Assembly (NCBI GenBank): GCA_965644295.1
Contig: CBFFRP010000425.1
Coordinates: 111,187 to 175,186, forward strand
DNA length: 64,000 bases
Origin: Paraphysomonas bandaiensis
Taxonomy: Eukaryota > Protista > Chrysophyceae
Direction of reading: 5' to 3'
A program made the translations under genes and the position numbers. Below, in pieces: positions 24,880-38,090 of the stretch. The number at the start of each line of letters is the position of its first letter. Position 1 is the stretch's first letter. The notes under the pieces are model-generated. The model had not been told where the DNA came from, ran no database searches, and worked only from the letters and a program-made list of their open reading frames with translations.

Positions 24880-27800
24880 ATGGCCAATATAAAGATATCA
24901 TCGAGAAGAGACATATGCAATGCAAATAGAATCGGTAAAACACTCGTACATAAGATGAACACATTGGAGTTGATTTCTTTTAATAGTAATTAAAGCTGGT
25001 ACGAGTATTGTATCGACCCCTTTGGGTTACCCATCTTTACCTCGAATAGCACATATAGTGGAACATGTACTGCAGCGATACTGTGAAGCACGTAAATACT
25101 GTGAATAACATATTTATCAGGCTGCCGATCTGGTACGCGCAGGAAAAGAAGTAATTATTGTAACTTCTGGGGCTGTTGGTGTGGGTAAGCAAAAGCTACG
25201 CTACCAGGGCATGAACAGAGCCAGTGGGTTAGTGTAAAGGATACTATTCAATGTAATGATAATATTTGCATATCGTAGGAAGTGTTTCAAAGCAATTAAT
25301 GAAGCAGACTTTCTCTGTCCTAAGTCCTACAATGCTGCTTGTGCGGCCGCTGGCCAGCTGGGTCTGATGTCTCTGTACTCAACAATGTTCGACCAACATG
25401 ATATTGCCACATCTCAGCTTCTTCTCACCTCTTTCGATTTTGCCTCACCAGATCGATGCAAAAATATTCAGGTGTTTATGGTGTCATGCCTGAGTACTTA
25501 ATCCACTTAACTTGGGTGCAATTAGAATGTCATGGAGCAATTATTGCGACTGGGAATTGTCCCACTTCTGAATGAGAATGATGCAGTTTCTGCTAACCAA
25601 GGGTAGGCACGCCAAATACAGCTATACCTATGAATGTAACTTGTTGTGTGATTACAAGGTATGAACTGTTTGGAAACACATTCTCAGATAATGATTCTCT
25701 AGCATCTCTGGTGGCTGGCGGCATGAATGCAGATGTGAGTACAGCGTTTGTGAGGTTGATACAAACTAATTATATATCAGCTTCTTATTCTCCTGACTGA
25801 TGTGGACGGTGTATATGATCGCCCTCCCTCTCATCCTCAGGCCCGCATTATTAATACATACACCCACAAGACTGGATTTGAGGTTGGAGATAAGAGTGCA
25901 CAAGGTCGAGGGGGAATGGGTGCTAAAGTAGACGCCGCTCTCAAGTAAAGCTCTCAGGAGAATATTTTGATTGTCCAATCTTGACAGAATTGTTACATAA
26001 TACAGAGCAATTGACCGAGGAGTAAAAGCTGTTGTTATTGCGGCGGGAGGACACCCAGAGACCATTCCGAGAATCCTGAAGGGAGAGACATGGGGCACAC
26101 TCTTTCTTGAGTAAGTACTTGCGCGCTTGGATTGTGACGTCTATACTTAGATTGTTACAGAGCTCATGATGAAATTGAGGAAGATGTGATATGTGTAAGT
26201 GAAGACTTCAATCCGGGTGAGAATGACCAGATGCAAGACTGTGCAATGGAGCAGGCAAGAGCTGTTGCAGCAAGTGCACGGGAAGGGAGTCGTGCTCTGC
26301 AGAGAGTCGATTCAGAAACACGGAACTTGATTCTACTTCATAGTAAGTACACAACCGTTTTACTGTACATTTAAATTCCCTCTTTGTATGCAGTCGCTGA
26401 ATTGATTGACAGTAAACGAGAGGAGATCCTGGCGGCCAATCAGGAAGACGTTGACAAAGCAACTATGGAGTGAGTGGCAGCAGTTGTCGCCTGCATGAAA
26501 AAGTCATATATATTACACAGAGGAATTAGTATGCAAATACTTAAGCGACTGAAACTTACAAAACAGAAACTTGACGCATTGGTGGATGGAATTCGTTCCA
26601 TATCTTTACAAATGGAACCATTGCGGAAGGTTCGAGGTTGTTACTCTTTTTCTGTAGTAAATAACCTTGCGTATAGGTCCTGTCCCGTACGAACATATCT
26701 GATGCATTGGTGCTTGACAAAGTATCATGCCCAATTGGTAGAGAACTTGCAGCTGATTGTGTGAACTTTAATTTAAGTATATTTTCAGGTGTCCTATTGG
26801 TGATTTTTGAGGCTAGGCCTGAATGCCTCCCTCAGATCGCAGCATGTGCTATTAGATCCGGCAATGGACTTGTTTTGAAAGGTTATGCTCTGTATATCGT
26901 GTTTTATGTGATCAATTCTAAATGACGAGTTTTCTGTATATTGTAGGCGGAAGAGAAGCAGAGAAAAGTAATGAAATTTTTCATTCTATAGTAACATCGG
27001 CAATCACTTTAGCCTCCGGTGGAAAGGTGCCGGGTGGCATAGTTGGTCTCGTCACGTCACGGTCAGATATACCACCTCTTCTGAAGCAGGATGATGTAAT
27101 TGACCTCGTTATCCCGCGTGGATCATCAAGCTTAGTGCGTTATATAAAGGTAAATAATTGGGTGTTTATGAGTGCTGTGATTCATAATTCTTTATTTTTG
27201 TGGTAGGACAATACTCGCATCCCAGTGATGGGACATGCAGAGGGAATTTGCCATGTGTATGTGGATGAAGCTGCTGATATCAACACCGCTGTTGCTATCA
27301 CCGTAGATTCCAAAGTGGACTATCCTTCAGGTGAAAAATCGCCATCTGAACCAAATTTATATGATATGCATTGCAGCCTGTAACGCTGCTGAAACTGTTC
27401 TCTTCCACCGTAGCACTGTTGATAGTGGACTAGCTACTGCCGTACTTAATGGCCTAAAAGGCGCAGGGGTAGAGATATTAGGGTGAGATATATTCGTTTG
27501 CGTGTGTTCAAATGATAAGTAACACGACTTACAGAAGTGAAAAAGCGGTTGGACTCGGCTTAGCTGATAGGAGAGTGGAGGATTTTAATACCGAATATGG
27601 TGACCTGGCTGTATCTGTGGAAATTGTGGACTCAGTTCATGAAGCCGTGTCTCATATTCATAAATACGGAAGGTGGTAATATTATATTAGAAAGCGATAC
27701 GATGTATCACAATATGTACTCAGCGCTCACACTGACTGTATTGTCACTCAAGACAAAGATACCGCTGAATATTTTCTTCAAGAAGTTGATAGTGCGTGTG

Positions 27801-28108
27801 TTTTTCATAACGCTTCCACCAGATTTGCTGATGGCTACCGGTAAGCAGCACGTAAAGCAGCCAAATTTTTGCTCACTGGGTTGTAGATTTGGTTTGGGGG
27901 CCGAAGTTGGAGTGTCTACGAGTCGGACGGGCCCCAGGGGCCCCGTTGGTGTTGAGGGTCTACTGTCATTTAAGTGGAACTTGAGAAGCGGAACAGCTTG
28001 CGGACATACAGTGGCCTCATTTTCGCCCCTGATACCGGAAGAAGTTCGTAAGAAATTTGATTTTTTTAGTATTTCAGTCGAGTGAGCTTCTCAGGCGTTA
28101 GTACTTAG
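24880..28108 (+). CDS. P5CS: Delta-1-pyrroline-5-carboxylate synthase (glutamate 5-kinase fused to glutamyl-phosphate reductase), ~19 introns
   Basis: [76 protein letters not shown] and GPVGVEGL. Last exon is approximate. Confidence 0.93.
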
Positions 28109-28358
28109 CTTAACTGTGATGATAAACGTTTCGCATAATATAATTCTTTGCGTAACGAAATATTTTGCCGATACGACATATTAAATATCGTGATATCTTC
28201 TTCGTGATTGTTATCGTTAGTTTGCGAAACAAAGCTACTGGTACGAGCACCATGCTAAAGTGTATGCTACAGGGATGGAGAACAGTACATTGTAAAATAT
28301 AATGATTGGTCTCAGCATTGAGGATCTAAGTTCACCTACAGTTGTTAAGTTATTGAAA

Positions 28359-28640
28359 GTCTTTTTATTTAGCAATAGGCGTTAGAAACCTGTGCCAATA
28401 TAGTGGCTAGTTGAATGCTAGACATACTAGTTAGACCTTTACCCATAACTAATCAGCATAAAATTCCATTATCCTACTATTTAACGCTACGGAAGCTGCT
28501 TGTGCGTCACCGCAAGCACCAAGGTGCAACCACTTCCGTTCTTAAGTCGTTAGTGAGTTTCGCCCTGCTCGTGTGTCTTTGGACTCACTGGCGCGTGTTG
28601 TCTGGGGGTCTCTCCTTAAGATAGTTGTTAAGTTATCTCT
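28359..28640 (-). mobile_element. Structured repeat copy 1 (subfamily A); probable 3' end of a truncated non-LTR retrotransposon
   Basis: Core motif at 28491-28537 is shared with the copies at 41.4, 42.6 and 62.1 kb. The upstream frame ends NNYLKERPPDNTRQ*. Confidence 0.6.
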
Positions 28641-28897
28641 TCTCATATAATGTCAAATTTTGATATATAGGATATAGGAGTGACTGGTGAACATATGATA
28701 AACAGATGTTGCTGAGAACAGATATTCATCAGACGTTACATATTACATGAATATGTTGTAAAGAGTTGAGATTAATAATTGTAATTATTACTTGAAAGTG
28801 CATTTTGAACAACGTTCAACAAATCAAAGTTAAGGTTTTAGTGTAGAGCAAGGTTAGCTTCATTGAAATGTCCAATTCTAACAGGATCTATAGTTGC

Positions 28898-29300
28898 CAG
28901 GGCTGCGTAACAATAAATTGCAATTATTTTGCAATTAAATTGCAATTATTAGTTATAGTCGAGGTAATACCAAAAACTGGTAAAGCCCAGTGCCTATTAT
29001 TGTCTAATTAACTTAGTTACTCATTGCAAGCAGGTATAGCATCCTCTTCAACCGTACTTGCATTCCACAGAAATCTATTACAGCGCAAGAACATAAGGGC
29101 CTCTTATCGACGAGGTGCCACAGATTTGCGCAGATCACTCATTTTGAGTTTTGCTCTACTGAAAAGCCTCAAAACACAATTAGTAGTGGAGTAAATATGC
29201 TTCAAGCAGCGGTACTTAGTTGGTTTGGTCGTGCGTATATATAGTCGCTTCTGTTCTTGATGCTCAGATATTTTTCGACTCTCTACTGATGACAGATGGG
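28898..29300 (-). mobile_element. hAT-like DNA transposon remnant (3' end)
   Basis: Terminus CAGGGCTGCGTAACAAT. Decayed transposase C-terminus YRCLKHIYSTTNCV.RLFSRAKL..SDLRKS.APRR*EALMFLR.NR.LW resembles the hAT dimerisation region. Confidence 0.75.
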
Positions 29301-29519
29301 ATATGACTACTAAATTCAACCAAAATTCTAACTACTACCCAGAGCAGGATTTAAGATTTATCGAACAATGCAACTTACAGCTTCAGGGCGCAGATCATCA
29401 TCAACAGTATCAAGGTAATATTATTACTACGTTCCAATTAAATATTTTCAGCAACTCACTGCACCTACAGATTAGATGGACACACTTTGCAGCAGTAATT
29501 GCTCCCAGGCTATCGTGAT

Positions 29520-32500
29520 TTAAGAATATTGCGCTTTTAGCACATTCTTAAGAGCCATTGAAATCAATTTATGTTTGGCCCTTACAGTAACACGGAATCG
29601 ATTTCCAGAAATATCTGCTTCGAGTCTCATCATGACTCCAATCGAGATGTTCCCTCCTCCCTCAGGAGCAGGGGTGCCGGTGCGGAATGATGCGCACCCA
29701 GTCACAGTGAGGTCTGTGTCGAGTCCAGTGGCAAGACCAAGATGCAGTGCGGGTGCGTACACCGACCGGATCTCCTGCATCAGCTGGGCTGTTATCGGGA
29801 CCGCAGAAGAGAACACCTCTTGAACCTCCCTATCCTCGCCCTCAAGAGCCTTCCAGCGCGGCATGAAGTTGCCTTTATCCAGTACCACAGGATCGAAAAA
29901 CGACGTCGCGGTGATAGGCAACCTCAGTGGATACAGGTAGTTGGTGCGGAATCCACTGCTCGAGACTTCGGTGAAAGACACAATGAGTTCCGGCGCGTCT
30001 GCAAAGGGCTTCATACATTGGACTAAGAGTGTCAGCTTTGTCTGGTCTGCAAGAGATATGCGTGACGAGTTCTCCTGCACACAAACACGTCATTCCATAT
30101 TACAAATGTTGATACACACTACCTGTCTCTGCACAGTGATGTAGTCCACAGACTCAGGAATTACAGCCTTCAGGTCTTGAATTTCGTCAGTTCTGTTGTT
30201 GAACACAATCACGATGCGCCCTTGATGGGCTCTGTATTCAGAGGCCACAGTGATTTGAATCACATCATTCTCAAACAATACGGACGGCTTCCCAGGTGGG
30301 CTCACCACACATGCATTGAACCACCTCTTCAAAGACGGTAGGACATCGGCTGATAGACCAGTGGGAGCTGACGACCCACCACCAGTGGACGGCCCATCAT
30401 CGTCGTCAAGAGAAAGCAGGTCAACTTCCCCTGTCGCAGCCTTAACAGGTGGTTCTTCTTCCTCATATCTATTTGACACCTCTTCTTCGTGCCTCTCCGG
30501 GCGGTTCGGTTTCTCAGTCTGCCATGCAGATTTGTCAGTGGTACTCTCCTCGCCCTTATTCAGACGGCTCAGCAAAGCGTTATCCCTGTTCTCCGAATAC
30601 ATGGGCATAGTGTTTAGTACATTCTCCATAATCTCTTGACCCACTGTAGGTAAACGCATGTATTCGCACGCTCTTTGCTGCAGTTCAAGGTGACCTGATG
30701 TTGACTGCTTCTGAAAAATATCCATGATCACATCGTGGCAATCGGGATAAAGATTCATTATCTTTGCGTATGCAGTCAGTAGTAGAGCGCAGACTTTGAT
30801 ATCGCAGCGGTGAAAATGCTGCTGGAGGGCAGCAAACTGGTCATAACCGGACATACCAGCCTGCAGTAAACAGATTTAGAGATAGATTCACACCATATCC
30901 AACAGTATACAAATAGTGGCTTACCTTCTCGCAAATATTGACACCAAATTCACCTAGCACATATCCAGCAAGCGCAACTGCAGTCTCTGGTGCATACTTG
31001 CTCTGCACAATGCCCATCATCTTCTCCGCTGCGTACTCTTGGAGATCCACATTGTTAGTAATTATGTGCACTATACGGTGCCATACATCCTCAGAAACAA
31101 AGTCACCAGCCACCATGATCACCTTCATGAATATATCAGAACGTTAAAAATAAATACAATATTACTCTACCTGCACCATGGTGTCTAGATACCATTGTAA
31201 CTGACTTGCGAATTTCTCCGCAAGAATAGCAATTTTGACCACCATATCATCCTTAATTGAGACGTCGGCGGACGCAAGGTTTAAGAGTAGTTCTCCCACC
31301 ACTTCTTCGGCATTCGTACGGTCTGTCATGACAAAGAGCAGATCCAATGCACGTTTACGCACAGACACGTCAGCATCCTTAAGAGAGTTGATAACGGTCG
31401 CCTGGTGGGGCTGGGTAGGGGTGGGACCGTCCAGTCTGGCTAGCCTGCCCATGGCTTCCAACCCAAGGTATCGGATATTAGCCTCTTTAACGGCAATAAA
31501 TCGACCCATTAGAGTAACCACTTGCTCTTTTATCTCTGGGTCACTGTCAGTAGAATAAGAGATAACAAGATTGCACGTTTCAAAGAAGATTGCGTGCTCT
31601 GCGTTGCTCTTATTCACTGTGTCGCTACTGGCGACTTCGCTGCGTGCTATTAGTTTACGAATTACATCGTTAAGGGACTCGAGAGTGGATGGCTCAGTGG
31701 GGCAACGAAAGTACTGAAGGAAACGAAGACATTTTACCAGTAGCCAAGGACTTGGAATTGTATAGTACGTGTAGTCAGATGTCAACTGTCGAGTGATTAG
31801 AAGGCGCTTTAAAATTTCCACAACATAAGGGACCGCTCCATCATACTCCGCAGGATTACTTGAAGCAAAGGAGAGAAGAACACTCATAGCAGACGTTACG
31901 ACGCCAAGGTCACGGTCCGCAAGTAAGATAGCAAATTGGTCTACCCAATCACTGACATCGATGCACTCCGGGTTAGTTCGGTAGAGACGCAACAGACAGA
32001 GAAGTGCCTTCTTGCGAATAGAGCACTTCACTGCCCTTTCCTCTTCAGGAGACTTAATTAGCGTCGGGTTCATGAATTGATTGCTTGCATTGGGATTCGT
32101 AATTAGCTTCTGTACGTCGGGGCAGATTGATTCGGCTAAATCCATACCACCAATATTGGCCACTGCACAGAGTGCAAGACTCGTTCCATAATGCAAGTTT
32201 CCAATAATATCATTACGCATCGAATTGACAACGAGAGTCATCAACTCATCACCTGGTTTCAACAGCAATGCAACAGCCATATATCCCACACTCTTCTCTT
32301 GAAACTTCGTTGAAGATAGCAAACTTATGATCTCCATATGACCAAAATCCACCTCATATCCGAGCATGTATATGTAGCACATCTTCCATATGTATTTCTT
32401 CTTCTGATAAGAGTTCAGAGAGGAAGAAGAAGTGAACTTAACTCGAATATTTGCTAGTTCTTTATCCACACGGATCCTCTCCTCTTCTTTGCTAGGAGCA

Positions 32501-32550
32501 TTCCGTATATCGGATATGAAGTTATGCAGGCCTCGGGGTTGAGTTGCCAT
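29520..32550 (-). CDS. AP2A: AP-2 adaptor complex alpha subunit
   Basis: RGLHNFISDIRN, RVDKELANIR, YQKKKY, LGYEVDFGH, PSPWL, ELQQRACEY and an appendage domain; three introns. Confidence 0.96.
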
Positions 32551-33096
32551 GGTACAATAGAGCTGTCACGTTCAACTAATATCAACTGCAATGCAATATC
32601 AGTGAATAAACGATGAAATCGATTATAGACACTGTGTAGAACCAGTAGACGTGCAATGTACGTGTATATGTATGTATATGTCTATAATATTAGCAGCATG
32701 TATGTATGTATGTGTGTGTGTATGTGTGTGTATGTATGTGTCAAAAGATAACAACATGTGTGTGTATCCTGATAGTCATGTTTCTACATCCTGCTGATGA
32801 TGAGGACGAACCGATCCACTTCACTTCATATCTTTAGTAGACAGTGAAGGGATTTTCAGTTCATCGCTCAACGGGATAGTTTTTAAATTGCAGGGCTTAT
32901 ATATGGGGGATTTATGCAGGAAGTGATGATATTGTTACAAAATAAGGGGTTTTGTTTGTAAGATGATTTGAATCATGGCTTCAGTGCAGTTAATATCATA
33001 ACAACATCATATATCAAGTAAGTTAATTAATGGGCCGTAGTAGCACAGATCGCTAAGATCATTGGATGCCGTTAAATTAGAGACAAAGAGGTCTCA

Positions 33097-35708
33097 ATGG
33101 AGTCCATTTATCCGAAGCATTCAGAGGAGAGCGCGTCGCTTGAGGCGCAGATACAGGAAGCTCGACGACGAGCTGAAGATTTTACTAAATCACTGCAGAA
33201 TGCTCGAAAGGCAGAAGATGAATCCATGAGATCCGTGGAAGAGGAAAGGAGGCGCTGGGCGGCGTCGTATGAAGAGAAAACAGCTATGGTTGAACAACTG
33301 CAGAGGGAGCTGGCGTATACAGTGGAAGCTCTACATGTTCAAAGGAGTGTTGATAACTCGCTTTCAAAGTCTCGTGATGAAGGGCTTCCTCATACGATAA
33401 CTGATGACAACAGTGGTCGAAATGCTTCAAATGGTAGAAAGCATGACCGCAATTCAGAGTCACTCCATACTTCTGGGCCAACTCGTAGAGAATCCCGCAG
33501 GCACTATGACACGAATGATTCGTCGTATCAGGTTTCATCTTCGGTATACGACGTACAACGTAATCAACATCAATCTAACCGAGAGGCTGATGTCAATTAT
33601 GCCGCTATGTATCATGCTGCTGCCTCTGAAATCGCATCTTTGAAACGGAAATTAACTGATTCGGAAAGTGCTTTCCGAAGTGAGATACTGGAATTGAAAC
33701 AAGAGCTCGAGAATATGCGGAGCGCATGGAGAGATTCAGAGGGAAAACTTCAGTTTAGAAATACCCAGGTATAAGCATTGATACATATATGATTACATAT
33801 ATGATAAGCACATACTACTTCGCTTGCCATCTACTTACTATGCTTCCCGATTTTGCTAGATTGCAATGATAAAGTAATTGCTATTTGCTCTAGGTCCGTC
33901 AGTATGAAGTTGAACGAGAGGCAAGAGATAAAATAGAGTCAGATCTGCGAAGTCAAGTACGGCAGTTAGAAAACATACGGATGTCTCTTGAAATCGATGC
34001 TCGGGTGCACAAAGCTGGGATAGAAGAGAGCACCAGTACTCTAAAGCTAGAGATGGTGGCTATGGAGAAGCAGAATATGGAGTTGGCTCGCAAAACTGAG
34101 AACTTGGAAAACCTAGTATCCACCCTTACAGAGGAACGAAATAGGCTGAGTCGTTTGGTGGAGGATAGTGTTCGGGTTAACTCTGAAAGATTCGTAGAAA
34201 CGCGATCTGGGCGAACGCAGCTCATCGACAATGGTGTCACGGAGTCCACTTCTGTCAACTCTAGTCACTCAGTGAGTAAAAATATTGGCACTACAGCGAA
34301 TTTCCCTAGAGATTCTGTTGATAAATTTACTCAGGTGAAGATATTTGTAGAGTATATCTTGACACACATCTTTGTTATGTTTGAAATTAGTGTGTGCAGA
34401 GTCCGGCACGTGAATCGTCTCCGTCTCGACAATATTCCCCAGATAGATCCCGAGAGGATAGGGCTGATGCACATTTGGTTGGCATTCCATCTTCTCACGA
34501 CAGACAAAAAGTTGGTAAATCAAATTTGCAAAGAGAATATACACTGAGTGAACGAGACGATGCGCAGTGTCTCGTTACCAATGATTATATTTCTGATGAA
34601 CATTTCGATGACACGAGTACATCCGTGCTGAATGAAGGTGGTGACGCTTGCCCGCCACCTCCAATATCATCTGGAACACAGACGGGTGTTGTGGTGGATC
34701 ACAAGTCCATTGGAACAGCCACTCATTCGATACTGGACATGCAAGCTTACAGTCCACCGAGGGTGATGTTACAGCAACATCAACGGGTTGTCGGAAATTC
34801 TCGTGTCTCGGATGTCGTACACACCAGCACAAATAAAGCAAAGGTCATGTCGTTTGATTCCGAGGTTGGCATGGACGACGGGAGTGGAGATGACGGCCGA
34901 GTCAACAGTCCGGAGAGATACACGAAACAATCGTCGCGTGTTGCTTCACCTCAGCCTTCGGGAAGTAGAAATTCCCCGTCAGCAAAGTCTGTTCAGGTGT
35001 GTTATCGCTATTTAGTTCGATATGAAATCCTATATGTTAATACGTTCACGTCAGTCCCGCTTATCTTCGAGCCCGCAAAGTTCTCCCAAACGTCGACTTC
35101 TTGGGCAGAGATCGACTTCTAAGGTGCATGACGTGGCAGGGTATGAGGCCGTCCCTGTGTCCCTTCCATCACCTAGCAGTCGTGGACATTCTGTAAAACG
35201 AGCGAAGACTCCAGTTAGCCGTGTGGTGAATGCTAAAACTGGAGTTCGAAAAGGTGTGATGCAGGAGTCCAATCGAGTTAAAAAGACGACTGGGACGAGT
35301 GCAACACAACGTGCGCGAGGAGTTGTGAACAAGCGAACAAGTAATTCCGACGGCCGGCCAGGAAGCCGGGCGCAAACGCTATCTCGAAATATGTCTTCTA
35401 CTGCGAGTATTCGTAGTACTACTCCGCCTGTTCGCAACCCAGAAAGAACTGTACGGAGCCAACGACGTAGCGCCTCAGCCGCAAGCTCACGCACGCTAAC
35501 TAAAACAACAGCCACCACGCCTACGCCTACAAGAACGCCTCTCGCTCGCCGACAACAGAAAGAAAGCCGGAATAACACTGTTGCTGTTGGCACACAAAGG
35601 AAAACACGCACTCCTATTGTTAACAGGACTCTCAGTGGTGATCGGCATGTTCGTAGACACGAGGAAGTATCGCTGTCACTGAATTCAACTGATGCTCCTT
35701 GGGGTTAG
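33097..35708 (+). CDS. Coiled-coil protein with a long basic S/R/T-rich disordered C-terminus, function unknown
   Basis: Four ORF segments can be linked by GT-AG introns. The true start may lie in small upstream exons (~32.8-33.0 kb). Confidence 0.65.
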
Positions 35709-35838
35709 CTAAATTAGAAAGTGTTTATTTGGTGTGTAGAGTATGTGTATTGTTAAGTAATAACTTCGTTTCGCCATTAGAAATGAATCCTGTAGTAATG
35801 TCGTGCTCAGGTAATGTTGTATATGTAATAAGGGTGAT

Positions 35839-36250
35839 CAGGCTTGCGTAACAATTAATTGGAATTTAATTGGTGACAGGTGTCCAACAGTAAAAATTGC
35901 AATTATTAATCAAGCATCCAATCATTGGCAATGCAATTAATTGCCTTTAATTCTATTGATAGATTTTAGAATAACTTTATTAACTATAATCTCATCCAAA
36001 GAAACATCAACAATTTCACGCAGAAACATCAACATTTCAAGTGTCGAGGTGTCATTCGCTTGCGTAAATAATGTAGTCGTAACAATCGTAACTCGCAAAC
36101 ATTGGTAGTGCTATACAAATACTTCATGCAACGATATCGTGTTGGTAGTTTGATGCGTGCCTTTTGGCGCTTTCGGTTGTATTTAAGTAAACGAATGGCT
36201 TCGTTTTCCTCCTCCTTATCTTTGTCTACATCAAGTTCCCTGTACGTCAT
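35839..36250 (-). mobile_element. hAT-like remnant, same family as 28898-29300
   Basis: Terminus CAGGCTTGCGTAACAAT; frameshifted YRCMKYLYSTTNVCE...LRKRMTPRHL. Confidence 0.75.
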
Positions 36251-36275
36251 TTATCAGTTATTCTTCCCTACCGCG

Positions 36276-36416
36276 CTGGTAACCGTTAATGGCCCATTAA
36301 TGGTAGTCCAGTTCCCGGCAATTATAATGGCATTAATAAAAAATATCCCGACAATTATAATAGCCATTAATACCTACTAACTTAAAGTAGATAATACCGC
36401 TCATAATAGATAGTGT
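36276..36416. mobile_element. Terminal fragment of the second hAT family (see 48583-49789)
   Basis: ctggtaaccgttaatggcccattaatggtagtccagttcccgg...acctactaacttaaagtagata matches 48589-48750. Confidence 0.85.
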
Positions 36417-36915
36417 GAATAATGTATGAATGTAGTGCTTGTGTACTATGCCAAAGCTGTACGAGAAGCAATGTAGACGAAGAAATATCGAACGGTGAAA
36501 TAAATTAGCTTTGCAAAACTTTACAATTGCTTATTCTTTTGAAATGTGTTTTCGAACTCCCTACAAGCTACTAGTGAACAGGGTACAAAATAATATAACA
36601 ACGTAATATTAGGCGATATCACAAAGCAGAATGAATGAGGTAAATGTACTAAATTATTCAGTGATTACACCATGTCTGATTATTTACGCTCGCCTCGTCA
36701 TGTTGTAGTATTGTAACGGTTTCCACGTGTGCGCATCTAACCAGCATTGCATAACAGCAGGTTCAAGGAGTTGCAAGCATAGGACATTAATAATGTGCTT
36801 TAGCATAGGTGTGTTAGCAACAGTCATACGCCCATAATATCTAAAAGTACACAACAAAATTGCACTAATTCCCGAGATTCGCTGAGAAGCATCATATATC
36901 CCACGTAGATAAAAA

Positions 36916-37715
36916 TCACAGATGTGACGGAGAGTGGTTAAGTTCTCGAGAAGATATTAACTTGCGCAATCTCAGTTTCGTTATTTTGGCCTGTTCCCCA
37001 GCTGCAATAACAATCTACGAAAAAATTAAGACATTAAGTATTTTTCCATCGCAGTCTGTTACATACTTCATCGGCAGGGTCATTATGGTATCGAGTCTCA
37101 ATGGCGTCTAACATTTCCTGGGCAGTTTTCCCAGTCGCACATATGAGGAATATATAGCCAAATCTAATAAAGTGAAGGATTAGCTTAACTGGAAATAGAA
37201 TCACAATATTCCACTTCATTACAACACTTACTTGCTAAGATATGCGTCGTTCATTTCTGAAAGCCTATTTAATACAGCCTAATAATGTGCATGAGAGCGA
37301 CTCAACGTATGTGACGTAAATACCTCTGACGCAGTATTCACCCCACTCTGCTCATTGCCTTCCCATCCACTTTGATTTCCTGATGAGAATTTCTTCTTCT
37401 GATAAGCACATGCACCAAACAGATATCTGTAATACCTTCCGTAGAGCTTCTTTGTCTCCGATCCTGTGCCTACCGTTAGTTGAAGTGTTAGCGTATGAAA
37501 GGCTTGTCATACTTGGGATGCGCTGCAAAGGCTTCTTTCCAGTCATCAGGAGAGACAGATGACCACTCTATCTCTGCCCTCTCCATCATATCAGACAATG
37601 AAGAGAAAGGGCGTGAGGCAGACATGTTATTCGCCCATAGAGTGCTTCCACACACTTTAAGCAGCTCACTGACTGCAGTATTATTATCTAACGAATTAAA
37701 CTCTTGAATGTCCAT
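36916..37715 (-). CDS. URAD: OHCU decarboxylase (urate degradation) with a PTS1-like C-terminus
   Basis: CGS..WA..M...RPF, WKEAFAAHP.IGD, EQSGV, Y..KFGYIFLICATGK and EQAKITKLRL; ends in SHL*. Confidence 0.9.
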
Positions 37716-38090
37716 GTGAAAAGTGTTCTATACGGCAGTGGAGTGTTCGACTGCAGGATCATGATATGGAACACAGTTCATTCCAGAGCAGTCCGCAGTG
37801 CTGTAGGCTAGAGGCGCTACACAGCAGCAGCAGCGTACCATACAGCAGCAGTCACACCACTTGTACCGACGTATACTGTTGTATATCGTGGAATACAGTG
37901 TTTGACATGGAATACGTGAAAATACATTGCAACTGGTTAAGTTGTCAGTGGAATGCGATACTGCTGCTGTGGACTTCTATATATACCTTTGACTTCAATG
38001 AAGTCAAGAAGTGAGCCTCTATTTCCCTATCATATCATGATATCACCCCGTGATTTGTGAAAGTGACGAAGTTCAATAGGGTGGGCACAG

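Noticed and set aside
24880-28108. Alternative genetic code or frameshifting to explain fragmented ORFs
   Set aside because: The breaks I checked are resolved by short canonical GT-AG introns.
28128-28230. Short inverted repeat gtttcgca/tgcgaaac
   Set aside because: Arms are too short and single-copy in this window to distinguish from chance.
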